Part shown: one piece after another, positions 1-8,442 of the stretch
Layout of the letters: every line of letters begins with the position of its first letter
How positions within the stretch are numbered: the first letter of the stretch is position 1
From: a virus
Strand: one strand, 5' to 3'
IMG/VR virus record: IMGVR_UViG_3300033553_000165
Location: 32,897 to 96,896 of that record
Length of the DNA stretch: 64,000 nucleotides
Translations under genes and position numbers: made by a program
Notes under the pieces: model-generated
What the model saw: the letters and a program-made list of their open reading frames with translations, nothing else
Database searches by the model: none
Told to the model about the DNA's origin: nothing

Positions 1-1031
1 TTTGCTAACATTTTAGCCTTTATATCATTCGCCCTATCTCCGTCCTTTTCCTCATCTTCTTTGGCGTCAATCAATACTGCTTCCTCAACGTTTCGGTCTA
101 AGGCTTTTTGGGCTTTACCAATACGCTCAAAGTCATAATTCATCTGAGATGGGTAAATTGCATCCCCTTCCGCTTCAACGGGATCAAAGTCGCCGAGGAC
201 GTTGCTAAATCTTTTGTAATACGAACTATTAAGACTGTAAATCAATTTGACTGGACTAACGCCCATACGTGCCGCAACCCTTCCTAAGATCACCTCCTTT
301 AAGTTCATCGTCCGGAATATCTCATTCCTTAAATGTTGTTGTAAATTACTTTCGTATGTAACGTCTATTTTGCCTTCTATTGTTAGCCTATCCCCTTCGC
401 TTTCTTTCCTGATACTTTCTAGCGTTTGTAAAAGAAGTCTGTAGCTATCGTTACTCTTGCTATCCTCGTACTTCGTTTTCTGTTGCCCATAGAGATATGT
501 ATATTCTTCCAATCGGGAACGCTTAACGCCTAAACGAATATCTGAGTATGATGCTTTGTAACGTTCTATTGCCGCCTCAATTTCTTTGGAGTGTTGCTTC
601 CGGAACTCTTGTAATTTCTTTATGCTGTTAAACTTGATTCCCCAGTCTTTGTTAATTACCTTTAGAACTTCAGCCGTTGTAAACATACGCCCAAAATAGT
701 CTATTATTTCCGTACCCCTTAGATCAAGAAGGCTCGGAGTCCCGTCTTTGGTAGCACCTCTCCCCTGCTTTAGCCCAAAAGCTAATCTTTTTTGTACAGT
801 AGCATTATTGTTAATCGAGCTGTAGGTATCTTTCATTATCAATATATCCTCCTGCTCATTATCCGGAAGGTGCTCAATCTTCTTTTTTAGGAAGTGCGGG
901 AACCACGCTAAGTTAATATCCTCGCCATCTGAGGCTTTAAAGATCATCGCCTCATTTAGTATCGGATGTCTATCTAACTTTATGTATTTTATATAGGCTT
1001 TCTTATCAATTACTCCGTCTGGGAACTTCAT
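1..1031 (-). CDS. Probable terminase small subunit (DUF2280-like), 3'-truncated by the window edge; missing from the ORF track
   Basis: Hand translation from ATG at 1031 (MKFPDGVIDKKAYIKY...) stays open to base 1. It contains YSDIRLGVKRSRLEEY...LLQTLESIRKESEG, resembling the 'I.I..K..RL..L...LEQA.KE.G' pattern of DUF2280/small terminases. Confidence 0.5.
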   Translation of the reverse strand, partial: MKFPDGVIDKKAYIKYIKLDRHPILNEAMIFKASDGEDINLAWFPHFLKKKIEHLPDNEQEDILIMKDTYSSINNNATVQKRLAFGLKQGRGATKDGTPSLLDLRGTEIIDYFGRMFTTAEVLKVINKDWGIKFNSIKKLQEFRKQHSKEIEAAIERYKASYSDIRLGVKRSRLEEYTYLYGQQKTKYEDSKSNDSYRLLLQTLESIRKESEGDRLTIEGKIDVTYESNLQQHLRNEIFRTMNLKEVILGRVAARMGVSPVKLIYSLNSSYYKRFSNVLGDFDPVEAEGDAIYPSQMNYDFERIGKAQKALDRNVEEAVLIDAKEDEEKDGDRANDIKAKMLA

Positions 1032-1143
1032 TTTTTCTTTGTATTTATTTACAGGCTTTTATAAGTTAAAACCTCATACCTGTAATACGTGTTTCCTTCT
1101 TGTGTCGCCTTGTACAATATACTCCTGTATCTTTTTTATAGCT

Positions 1144-1524
1144 TTACTTTATTTTCGCTAAAAATTCTAGTTTATCAATATCATACCTTAGTAAGTAACT
1201 CTCAATCTGTTCTTTGTTTTCTGGAGAAGAATTACACCAATTTTCTATCCTATGAATATCATAATTGATACCATTTTGTATATCTTCTCTTTGTCGTTTT
1301 GATTCTTCCTCATTTAGCATTCTTGAGTAGACGATAGAATCATTCTTAAAGTAGTAAGTCTCTACACTATTTAGGATATCAATTAACTCTTGCTTAGGAA
1401 TAGAATTTACATCTAACTCAATAGTTCTCTCTTTACCGTCTAAGTTCTTTAGTTCTTTCCTACGGTGTTGTAGTAATTTGATAGCGTCGGCAAAAGCAGC
1501 CTTTATTGTTATTTTATTTTCCAT
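1144..1524 (-). CDS. Hypothetical protein (start better placed at ATG 1524 than at 1572)
   Basis: ORF track 1144..1572. The upstream 48 nt overlap a separate short ORF (1530..1706), so MENKIT... is the likelier start. Confidence 0.6.
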   Translation of the reverse strand: MENKITIKAAFADAIKLLQHRRKELKNLDGKERTIELDVNSIPKQELIDILNSVETYYFKNDSIVYSRMLNEEESKRQREDIQNGINYDIHRIENWCNSSPENKEQIESYLLRYDIDKLEFLAKIK

Positions 1525-1529
1525 AGCTT

Positions 1530-1706
1530 TTACATCCAACCTAAAGATTCCAATTCGTCTATTCTGGTACAAACCTCCTTTAGCTTATTTGCTTGGTCTA
1601 TTATGAAGTCTGCGTTATACCTTATCTTGGGATTGTTTACACGGTTCAAGATATCCCTTTTATTGTCTTTATGAGTTTGTAGCCTCAATTTTATTTTTTC
1701 TTCCAT
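1530..1706 (-). CDS. Small hypothetical protein, 58 aa (not in track)
   Basis: MEEKIKLRLQTHKDNKRDILNRVNNPKIRYNADFIIDQANKLKEVCTRIDELESLGWM*. The start is coupled to the upstream stop (TAATG at 1704-1708). Confidence 0.65.
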   Translation of the reverse strand: MEEKIKLRLQTHKDNKRDILNRVNNPKIRYNADFIIDQANKLKEVCTRIDELESLGWM

Positions 1707-1912
1707 TACTCAATATATTTTATCATTTGGGAATTTACAAGAACCTCTATATTTTTCCCTTTATCTACGCACTTTAAATGCCCGTCAACTGAATCAACAT
1801 CATAGTCTACTCTTTTGACCGTTATCCAAGCATCTAGATAAATCATTTTCTTTAGTTCTTCTTTAGTCTCACGGACTGTAAAGGAATCTCCTGTAAATTT
1901 TATTACTGCCAT
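1706..1912 (-). CDS. Hypothetical protein
   Basis: ORF track; tightly packed on the coding strand. Confidence 0.65.
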   Translation of the reverse strand: MAVIKFTGDSFTVRETKEELKKMIYLDAWITVKRVDYDVDSVDGHLKCVDKGKNIEVLVNSQMIKYIE

Positions 1913-1922
1913 ATTCTTTTAT

Positions 1923-2438
1923 TTAGTTAAACTCTTTAGCGATTTCCGTTATCTTCTTTGTAAAGGCTTCTTCACTTCCGTTCGGAATATTTACGTGAAT
2001 CATTTTACCATTTAACCCTTCCCCAAATTCTACCCCAAAGTCTTTACCAAAGTCCACCCCTAACATCTCATCAGTCATTTTCATCAGCCTATCATTTAGT
2101 TCGGCAACCGCTTGAACCTTTCCATAGACCTCCGCTTGCTTCTTATCTCTTTCCTTTATAATATTCTCACGGACTTCTACAAAGGCATCCCTTTTATTTA
2201 GGAACGCTGTGTAATCGCTTGTGTAATATTTCATCTTAAAACTATGCCGCTCTTCAAATGGTAAATCTACATCGTCAGCTGGAGAAGGGAGCCTTTCGTA
2301 AACATACTCAACTGCCTCAATTTTCTTCTTTTCCAGCTTGGTTATCTTCCTTTCTATTATCTCTAAACCCCTTACCACATATACTGGGAAATCAATCTTT
2401 AAATCGCCTATTTTAATCCTTCGTGTTAAATCTTCCAT
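1923..2438 (-). CDS. Hypothetical protein
   Basis: ORF track; packed on the coding strand. Confidence 0.7.
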   Translation of the reverse strand: MEDLTRRIKIGDLKIDFPVYVVRGLEIIERKITKLEKKKIEAVEYVYERLPSPADDVDLPFEERHSFKMKYYTSDYTAFLNKRDAFVEVRENIIKERDKKQAEVYGKVQAVAELNDRLMKMTDEMLGVDFGKDFGVEFGEGLNGKMIHVNIPNGSEEAFTKKITEIAKEFN

Positions 2439-2515
2439 ACCTTAACTTTTTTACATTATTTATGCTTATACGGTTTTGTAATATCCAGTTCTGGGGTCAG
2501 TCTCAGTTTTAATGT

Positions 2516-2803
2516 TTAAAGGTCTTCCTGCTTAAACTTCTTGTAACTCATTTCCGCTTCGTCTTTAGCTTCTCTCGCTTCATCGTACGTCATAACACTA
2601 AGTTCGTCTTCCCTTATACGGAATCTTTTCCTAATCTTTTTAACGCATTCTTCAGCTTTTTCGTAAGTTGGGAAAATCTTACTTAGCTCTAGTCTCTTGG
2701 ACCATTGAACACTTCTTAGCTTCTCTTTGTTTACAAAAAATAACGGATAGATTTCAAACCGCTTTATTACAAACATTTTCCATTTTAAAAATTTATCTCG
2801 CAT
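2516..2803 (-). CDS. Hypothetical protein
   Basis: ORF track; overlaps the upstream stop. Confidence 0.65.
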   Translation of the reverse strand: MRDKFLKWKMFVIKRFEIYPLFFVNKEKLRSVQWSKRLELSKIFPTYEKAEECVKKIRKRFRIREDELSVMTYDEAREAKDEAEMSYKKFKQEDL

Positions 2804-3122
2804 TAAGTCTATTTACCAAATAATGCGCAATATTATCTTTCCTTTTCCTTGGTTCCGGTTTATGTTGTAGTCTTGACCATCCCCTTATATTTCCAACGCT
2901 CAAGCCAGTTTTTATATCTACAAACATACCGCTTTTATTTAGCTCAAACCTCGCTTCAATATCTTCTACCTCAATAAATTTTCCAGTCAACCTATCTGAT
3001 ATATCATCGTCAAGTTTGTCTGCTATCAAATTATCGGCTTTATCGTATAAACGATCACCAACTACCTTTAACGGAAAGTTAACGTCTTCGAGTAACATTT
3101 CCTCTTCATATTGTAAAAACAT
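2793..3122 (-). CDS. Hypothetical protein
   Basis: ORF track. Confidence 0.7.
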   Translation of the reverse strand: MFLQYEEEMLLEDVNFPLKVVGDRLYDKADNLIADKLDDDISDRLTGKFIEVEDIEARFELNKSGMFVDIKTGLSVGNIRGWSRLQHKPEPRKRKDNIAHYLVNRLNAR

Positions 3123-3145
3123 AGTATTTCCTTTTAAATTAAATC

Positions 3146-3266
3146 TAAGTTAATAAATTTTATCTTTACGATCGTGTATCCATTCCCCTAAACTTTATTA
3201 GGGGAACTTAGCTATCAAATTGAGTAGCCTTCGGATACACAGATAATTTGTGCCCACATTAACTTA
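3146..3266 (-). ncRNA. Candidate structured RNA element (three-way junction) in the leader of ORF 2793..3122
   Basis: Nested inverted repeats: GTGTATCC/GGATACAC (3174-3181, 3233-3240) enclosing TTCCCCTAA/TTAGGGGAA and GCTA.../TAGC; outer TTATCT/AGATAA and TAAGTTAAT/ATTAACTTA. The strand is inferred from context. Confidence 0.45.
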
Positions 3267-3353
3267 TCCAGCTATATGTGCAAAGGCAAAAATTAAGCCC
3301 ACGAAACTAAATCCGTAAATCATCGTACGAGTGGTTACATTTCTAAATTGCAT
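3264..3353 (-). CDS. Putative 29-aa single-pass membrane peptide (not in track)
   Basis: MQFRNVTTRTMIYGFSFVGLIFAFAHIAG*; ATG 2 nt after the upstream stop; hydrophobic C-terminal half. Confidence 0.45.
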   Translation of the reverse strand: MQFRNVTTRTMIYGFSFVGLIFAFAHIAG

Positions 3354-3355
3354 AA

Positions 3356-3586
3356 TTATTTATTTAAACATTGGTCTATAATTCCGCTCTCCACTTCCGA
3401 ACCCTTCCTCTTTATTTCTTCTTCTCTGAAGTGAGGAATTAAATAATTACCTTTTTCAAACCAACACTTTTTTAAACCTAACTCTCCCGCCATTTCGTGT
3501 AAGTTGTCTAAACTATACGGCAAACAGATTAATCTTCCGTCCTTGTCGTATAATATTTTAAGATTCTGCCCGTTCTTTGTTCTCAT
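3356..3586 (-). CDS. DUF4031-like protein
   Basis: SLDNLHEMAGELGLKKCWFEKGNY resembles the 'ELH.FA..IGL.R.WF....HY' pattern. Confidence 0.5.
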   Translation of the reverse strand: MRTKNGQNLKILYDKDGRLICLPYSLDNLHEMAGELGLKKCWFEKGNYLIPHFREEEIKRKGSEVESGIIDQCLNK

Positions 3587-3959
3587 CTTTCACGAAATTA
3601 AAATGCTTCATAAAACCCTCTTTGTTATTCTTGAATTGCTCCAATATCATTTCGGCATCTTCCAACTCTTCAGGGTCGTATGAAGATAATAACTTTGTAA
3701 CGTTTTCAAACATCCTTAACATATACTGAAAGTCCTCAGGGGACCGATCGTGTATTTGACTTATTTGTTGCTCTATTACTTTATGCCCCAAACTCTTATT
3801 GAAAGCCTTACCGCTATTTTTTATATTCATAGCCCAAACTGGAAGGTCACTCAACTCATCGAGATATTCCATCATCAACATACTCAAAAGATAAACGTGT
3901 AGCGTTAAAACCCGAACCCTTGAAACTTCAGGGGTTTCGTCAATATTTACTTTCATCAA
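3558..3959 (-). CDS. Hypothetical protein
   Basis: ORF track; coupled overlaps. Confidence 0.7.
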   Translation of the reverse strand: MMKVNIDETPEVSRVRVLTLHVYLLSMLMMEYLDELSDLPVWAMNIKNSGKAFNKSLGHKVIEQQISQIHDRSPEDFQYMLRMFENVTKLLSSYDPEELEDAEMILEQFKNNKEGFMKHFNFVKDENKERAES

Positions 3960-4189
3960 TAACTAAATTTTTTATAAGCACAAACAAATTTTACACCAGG
4001 ATTTTTCTTTCTTAGAATTTTAAGTATTTTCCGAAACTTTGCGTCTTTCATATAAAAGTCAAAGTCATTAACTAAAATCACGTATTGGTATTGTCCGTGC
4101 CCTTCTTCAATATCCCAGTCGTACTCTGGAAAGATATCCGCTAAATGTAATACAATATCTTCAATCATTTTACAAATTTTTCGAGACAA
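3956..4189 (-). CDS. Hypothetical protein
   Basis: ORF track; coupled overlaps. Confidence 0.65.
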   Translation of the reverse strand: MSRKICKMIEDIVLHLADIFPEYDWDIEEGHGQYQYVILVNDFDFYMKDAKFRKILKILRKKNPGVKFVCAYKKFSY

Positions 4190-4617
4190 TATTTTCTAGC
4201 TTCTCCCGCCAGATAATCTGCACGTTCATTATATTCTACTCCTGTGTGACCTTTTACTTTTTTGAATCTTACTTTGTTAATTCTTTGGAATATTTCATCA
4301 AGCATTTCCTGCCAAACTTGAGGATTCTTAACCTCATACCATTCCGTCTCTATCCATCTCAGGTACCAACGCTCCTTAAAGCAATTAACCACCGTCGCAT
4401 AATCTGTAACGATATGCACTTCAATTCCTTTATAGTTGTTATTCGCATATCTTATAGCTTTAATAACCGCCATCATTTCCATCACGGCTGAAGTAGTATC
4501 CGGATAGGCTCCTAAGTCTTCGTCTATTATCTTATCTCCCTCAACTACTACGAACGCCCAACCTCCTGCTCGGTCTTTATGATAACAACTGCCGTCGGTC
4601 CAAATCTCTACTCCCAT
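4165..4617 (-). CDS. rnhA: Ribonuclease HI
   Basis: IWTDGSC, GGWAFV, TSAVMEMMA, IVTD, VKNPQVW, KVKGHTG..YNERADYLA: the full RNase HI D-E-D-D set. Confidence 0.93.
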   Translation of the reverse strand: MGVEIWTDGSCYHKDRAGGWAFVVVEGDKIIDEDLGAYPDTTSAVMEMMAVIKAIRYANNNYKGIEVHIVTDYATVVNCFKERWYLRWIETEWYEVKNPQVWQEMLDEIFQRINKVRFKKVKGHTGVEYNERADYLAGEARKYCLEKFVK

Positions 4618-4898
4618 TATCCTAGAACTTCCACGTTATCCCCTTCCGGAACGTACTGTCCCCCCTTTCGGTCATCCAATTGATTTACTACAATTTTATA
4701 TCCTACATAATGTGTAATGTCCAAGACTCCAAAGCTTAAATTAGTGGTAATTTTTGTATTCTTAAGTCCAACTAAATGCCTCTTAAATTTGAAATAGGCT
4801 GAATGGCCTAGAAGAATATATTTTGGCTCAATATTTTTCATTATTTTTGCCGATATCCCCTCTTCTATTTCCTTCATTATTTGTTTCTCAGTTTTCAT
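4617..4898 (-). CDS. Hypothetical protein
   Basis: ORF track; coupled overlaps. Confidence 0.65.
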   Translation of the reverse strand: MKTEKQIMKEIEEGISAKIMKNIEPKYILLGHSAYFKFKRHLVGLKNTKITTNLSFGVLDITHYVGYKIVVNQLDDRKGGQYVPEGDNVEVLG

Positions 4899-6396
4899 CT
4901 TCTATTGATTTTAAAATTATCTTTTCAACTTTATCATAATCCTCAACAATAATAAACCTATCCTCGGCTCTGGTAATTGCTACATAGAATAAATTTTGCT
5001 CTTGCTCTAGTTGCCATTCTTGCGTCGCATACTTACTTGGAAGTAACTCTGGACATAATAGGAATATTGTGCCGTTCTCCAACCCTTTACTTTTATGAAT
5101 GGTAGATAGTACAACCGCATTTTCTTGGGCTCTAAAAACGTCTCTAATTCTTGTTATTACAGATTTGGTATCTAAGCAATTTCTTGATAGAACTTTTATG
5201 ATGTCCCGTTGTTGAATCATCCTGTCAATCTTTTCCGTCTTAAAGGGATTTCTAACGCCTTTCTTCTTAAGTTTAGATATCTCCTTCGCAATATCCTGTT
5301 CAACTGCCGCTCCCAGAGTAGCGACTCCGGACGCACCTAATTTCTTTATGTAGTTCTCCAACTTCTGACCTATCTCAACTCCCTTAACATAACTCTTAAC
5401 ACCTTTAGTAATTAGGTATAAATTAAGAATTATCAAAGGTTTCAGGTTTCTACATAAAACCCAATCTTCGCTTCTTATTTCTTTACAGAAACCATTTCTC
5501 ACCTCACCATCCTCATTCCCATCATAGGCTTCAATCTGAGGATTCAGCTTCTTAGCATATGCGACTATATTTTTCCCGCAACGGTAATTTACCGACAGGG
5601 GAAGCTCAACGGTGTTAGGAAATACATTCTTCAGATTATTATAGCTATTAGCATCTGCACCCGCAAAACCGTATATCGCTTGTCTTGGGTCTCCAACCGC
5701 TATCATCCTACCATTTCTTTTCAATATTCTACTTACTATCTTTTGTTGTAATACGGATAAATCTTGCGCCTCATCTATAAATAATATATCGAATTTTGGT
5801 AACCTTATATTATCAATGTGGGCACGGTAAATCATATCTGTGAAATCAAAAACCCTATTATTTTTGTCCATCAGTCTTAGCGTCTCTATCGCCATATCTT
5901 CCATATCGGGTGTAAGTTCTAAATCATACCTCATAGCCAATTCAGCAAGGTCTTCCTTTTCGGTCATAAGGTTATGCCTCATCACATCTACCATTTTTGA
6001 TACGACGAACATATAATACCCATACTTCTTTTTATCAATTTTAGCCTTGATGCATAGCTTTTGTATAATCTGAGCTGACTTCCCTTTCTTTAACTCCTTC
6101 TTTCCTGGCTTGGCTCTTAATAGTGCTCTCCAGCAAAAACTATGCATCGTGGTGATCGTTGTGTTCCGGCTTTTTATAGTTAGTTTTAATTCATCCACTA
6201 TGGAATTGTTAAATGCTATAAACGCCTTATCAAGATCATCAGGAAGTCTAGTAACAGCTTCTTTTATTGTAGTAGTTTTTCCGGAACCCGCAACGGCATT
6301 GACGACGACGTTGTTTGCCGTATTCTCAATCTCATTGAAAATACGAATTTGGTATTTTGAAAAATTCATCCTTAATCTTTCTGGAAGAATCTCCAA
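4888..6396 (-). CDS. UvrD/Rep-like superfamily 1 helicase
   Basis: AVAGSGKTT, IDEAQD, VGDPRQAIYGFAGA, LSVNYRC, STIHKSKGLE, YVAITRA. Confidence 0.93.
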   Translation of the reverse strand: MEILPERLRMNFSKYQIRIFNEIENTANNVVVNAVAGSGKTTTIKEAVTRLPDDLDKAFIAFNNSIVDELKLTIKSRNTTITTMHSFCWRALLRAKPGKKELKKGKSAQIIQKLCIKAKIDKKKYGYYMFVVSKMVDVMRHNLMTEKEDLAELAMRYDLELTPDMEDMAIETLRLMDKNNRVFDFTDMIYRAHIDNIRLPKFDILFIDEAQDLSVLQQKIVSRILKRNGRMIAVGDPRQAIYGFAGADANSYNNLKNVFPNTVELPLSVNYRCGKNIVAYAKKLNPQIEAYDGNEDGEVRNGFCKEIRSEDWVLCRNLKPLIILNLYLITKGVKSYVKGVEIGQKLENYIKKLGASGVATLGAAVEQDIAKEISKLKKKGVRNPFKTEKIDRMIQQRDIIKVLSRNCLDTKSVITRIRDVFRAQENAVVLSTIHKSKGLENGTIFLLCPELLPSKYATQEWQLEQEQNLFYVAITRAEDRFIIVEDYDKVEKIILKSIEDEN

Positions 6397-6689
6397 ATGT
6401 GATTATCGGAAAATTGGAAAAGTATGTCTGGATCTCTTTCGTCAATTGCTCTAAGGTTATTTACCAGAACCTCTGCCGTTGGAGACATAGTGTAATTTTC
6501 TATAAATTGAGTAATATCTTTCCCTTTTAATTCGAAGAACGGTGCACTCTGAATACTACCGACGCTCGATTTTTCAAAAGTTTTACAAAGGAAGAAATTT
6601 GATTCATCTTGAATAATCACTTCCAAAATTCTGTAGTTTGCCATAACTAACAAAAGCAACAGATTTTTCTTTTCATTATAATTCGCCAT
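6372..6689 (-). CDS. Hypothetical protein
   Basis: ORF track; overlaps both neighbours. Confidence 0.6.
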   Translation of the reverse strand: MANYNEKKNLLLLLVMANYRILEVIIQDESNFFLCKTFEKSSVGSIQSAPFFELKGKDITQFIENYTMSPTAEVLVNNLRAIDERDPDILFQFSDNHIWRFFQKD

Positions 6690-7512
6690 TTTCTCTTAGT
6701 TTTAAAATTATTTTCTTTACGTTTTTTAAAGTGGCATAATATTTACCCGAGGAAAAGTCTGAATTCTTCTCCAGGAAAACCGCCTTCTTTTCATTATTTA
6801 ACTTTGAGCGCAATACTACTTCCTCTTGGTCGGTCAAATTCAATTGCTCTATCAAAAGGTCTAAACTATGGTTTCCGTTGCGGGACTTAGTTTCAGAAGT
6901 ATTAATCTTCTCAGAGGAATATTTACGATGCTTATCAAGTCTCTGTACCGTATTGAAGAACATACGATAAAAGTTCCGACCCAATGCTTTATTATAATAG
7001 AAATAGAAACACCATTTGGGTTTCGCCTTAAATTTATCTATACAATTATCTAAAATTACCCAAGACTCACCTATCATTTCGTCACGGTCATAGCACTCAT
7101 CGGTGACTGGAGAATTATAGGCTAAATTCATATAATTATTGATATTCTTAACAACTACCTTACTCATCATATTGAAAAGCTCAAACTTTAAATCAGAAGA
7201 TTCCTTTTCCCATTTCCTAACTAAAATCCTCTTCTTAATTTCAATCTTACCAACTTCGTTTGTAGCCTTTAGATTTTCGCTCCTTTTTACATTAGCTATT
7301 TTCTTAAGGTTGGTTGAGTCTTTTACCCTTTTTATCTCTATGATACGGAGTGTAATATTCTTTTGAGCTTGATTGGTAACCTCAGATATTTTACTATCGG
7401 TACACGTCTCACTTTTGGCGATTAATCTATTTAATTTTTGAACTCTTAAAACTAACTCATTCGCTCTTTCTCTATTGTATGTAGAATGTTCTACTTTGAA
7501 GATATCGTACAT
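6676..7512 (-). CDS. Sigma-70-like RNA polymerase factor with an extra N-terminal coiled region
   Basis: DRDEMIGESWVILDNCIDKF...CFYFYYNKALGRNF (region-2-like) and LNLTDQEEVVL... (region-4-like). Confidence 0.6.
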   Translation of the reverse strand: MYDIFKVEHSTYNRERANELVLRVQKLNRLIAKSETCTDSKISEVTNQAQKNITLRIIEIKRVKDSTNLKKIANVKRSENLKATNEVGKIEIKKRILVRKWEKESSDLKFELFNMMSKVVVKNINNYMNLAYNSPVTDECYDRDEMIGESWVILDNCIDKFKAKPKWCFYFYYNKALGRNFYRMFFNTVQRLDKHRKYSSEKINTSETKSRNGNHSLDLLIEQLNLTDQEEVVLRSKLNNEKKAVFLEKNSDFSSGKYYATLKNVKKIILKLRENGEL

Positions 7513-7514
7513 AA

Positions 7515-7820
7515 CTATTTAGCTTCAAAGTCATTAATCAGCTTTTTATTCATTTCGTACTTCTGCTCCTTGATCTCTTTTTTGAAATGATCTGAGGAAC
7601 GCTTTTGAAGCATCTTTTTTAAAGTCGCCTTATCATTTGACTTTAGAAAATCCGGAACGCCCTCTTTGGGGATAGATGTAAGAACATTTCCGGTTTTTGG
7701 ATTGGTTATGAGTTTACGTGTATGTTTATCCACGTTGACCCATTTACCGTTTCTAGAGACTAGACTGAAGTTAGGAACGGTGAATTTTTCGCCTGTTTTT
7801 TCATCAATAAAATTTGCCAT
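7515..7820 (-). CDS. Hypothetical protein
   Basis: ORF track. Confidence 0.7.
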   Translation of the reverse strand: MANFIDEKTGEKFTVPNFSLVSRNGKWVNVDKHTRKLITNPKTGNVLTSIPKEGVPDFLKSNDKATLKKMLQKRSSDHFKKEIKEQKYEMNKKLINDFEAK

Positions 7821-7827
7821 AGTTTTG

Positions 7828-8367
7828 TTAGGAGTTTATTTTTGATTTTAGATAGTGTAAGATATGTAGTGCGTCAGACTCGTTATCGTCTTCGCCTTGG
7901 TAGTCCCATAATTTTTTAGCATACTCCACCATCAACGGTTTGCCTGCGTTTCCATTAAAAGTGGCAAACTTTTTAATAGAACTGGCTGAGAACTCAATGT
8001 ACTCAACTCCTAATTCAACGCAAACCTTCTCGATTATACCTATCAATTTTGAAGAATGTATGATAGGCTTAATATTCCTTCCAGCTGGGAGCTCATAAGC
8101 TACGACATCGATTTCGTGCTTAGCGAGGAATTTCCGGACTCTGGCGTCAAACCGAATCCATTTCATTCCTTGGCTTTCTTTTGATTTTATATTCAAATCC
8201 CAAAGTTCAACTTTAGGCTCCCCCGTCCCCTCTAATTCGTAAGAAACTCCGCAAATAGTAGCTTGATCAAATGCGGCGATATTTAGAGTGGTTTTTAATC
8301 TAGCGAGCTTTATTTCTTTGGCTCGCTTTAGTTTTTCTTCCCTTTTTAATCTTTCTGCTTTATTCAT
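7828..8367 (-). CDS. ruvC: RuvC-like Holliday junction resolvase
   Basis: IAAFDQATICG, VVAYE, SIKKFATFNGNAGK, DDNESDAL: RuvC acidic residues. Confidence 0.85.
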   Translation of the reverse strand: MNKAERLKREEKLKRAKEIKLARLKTTLNIAAFDQATICGVSYELEGTGEPKVELWDLNIKSKESQGMKWIRFDARVRKFLAKHEIDVVAYELPAGRNIKPIIHSSKLIGIIEKVCVELGVEYIEFSASSIKKFATFNGNAGKPLMVEYAKKLWDYQGEDDNESDALHILHYLKSKINS

Positions 8368-8442
8368 TTACTGGGGGGTTGAGGGGATTTGTAATTAATA
8401 GTTAAATTTTTAACTAAAATCATAATAATTTAACGAAGTTAG

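Noticed and set aside
3174-3240. Hammerhead ribozyme or tRNA
   Set aside because: The junctions are GAAG/UAAG/U, not CUGANGA/GAAA/UH; there is no T-loop, anticodon arm or CCA.
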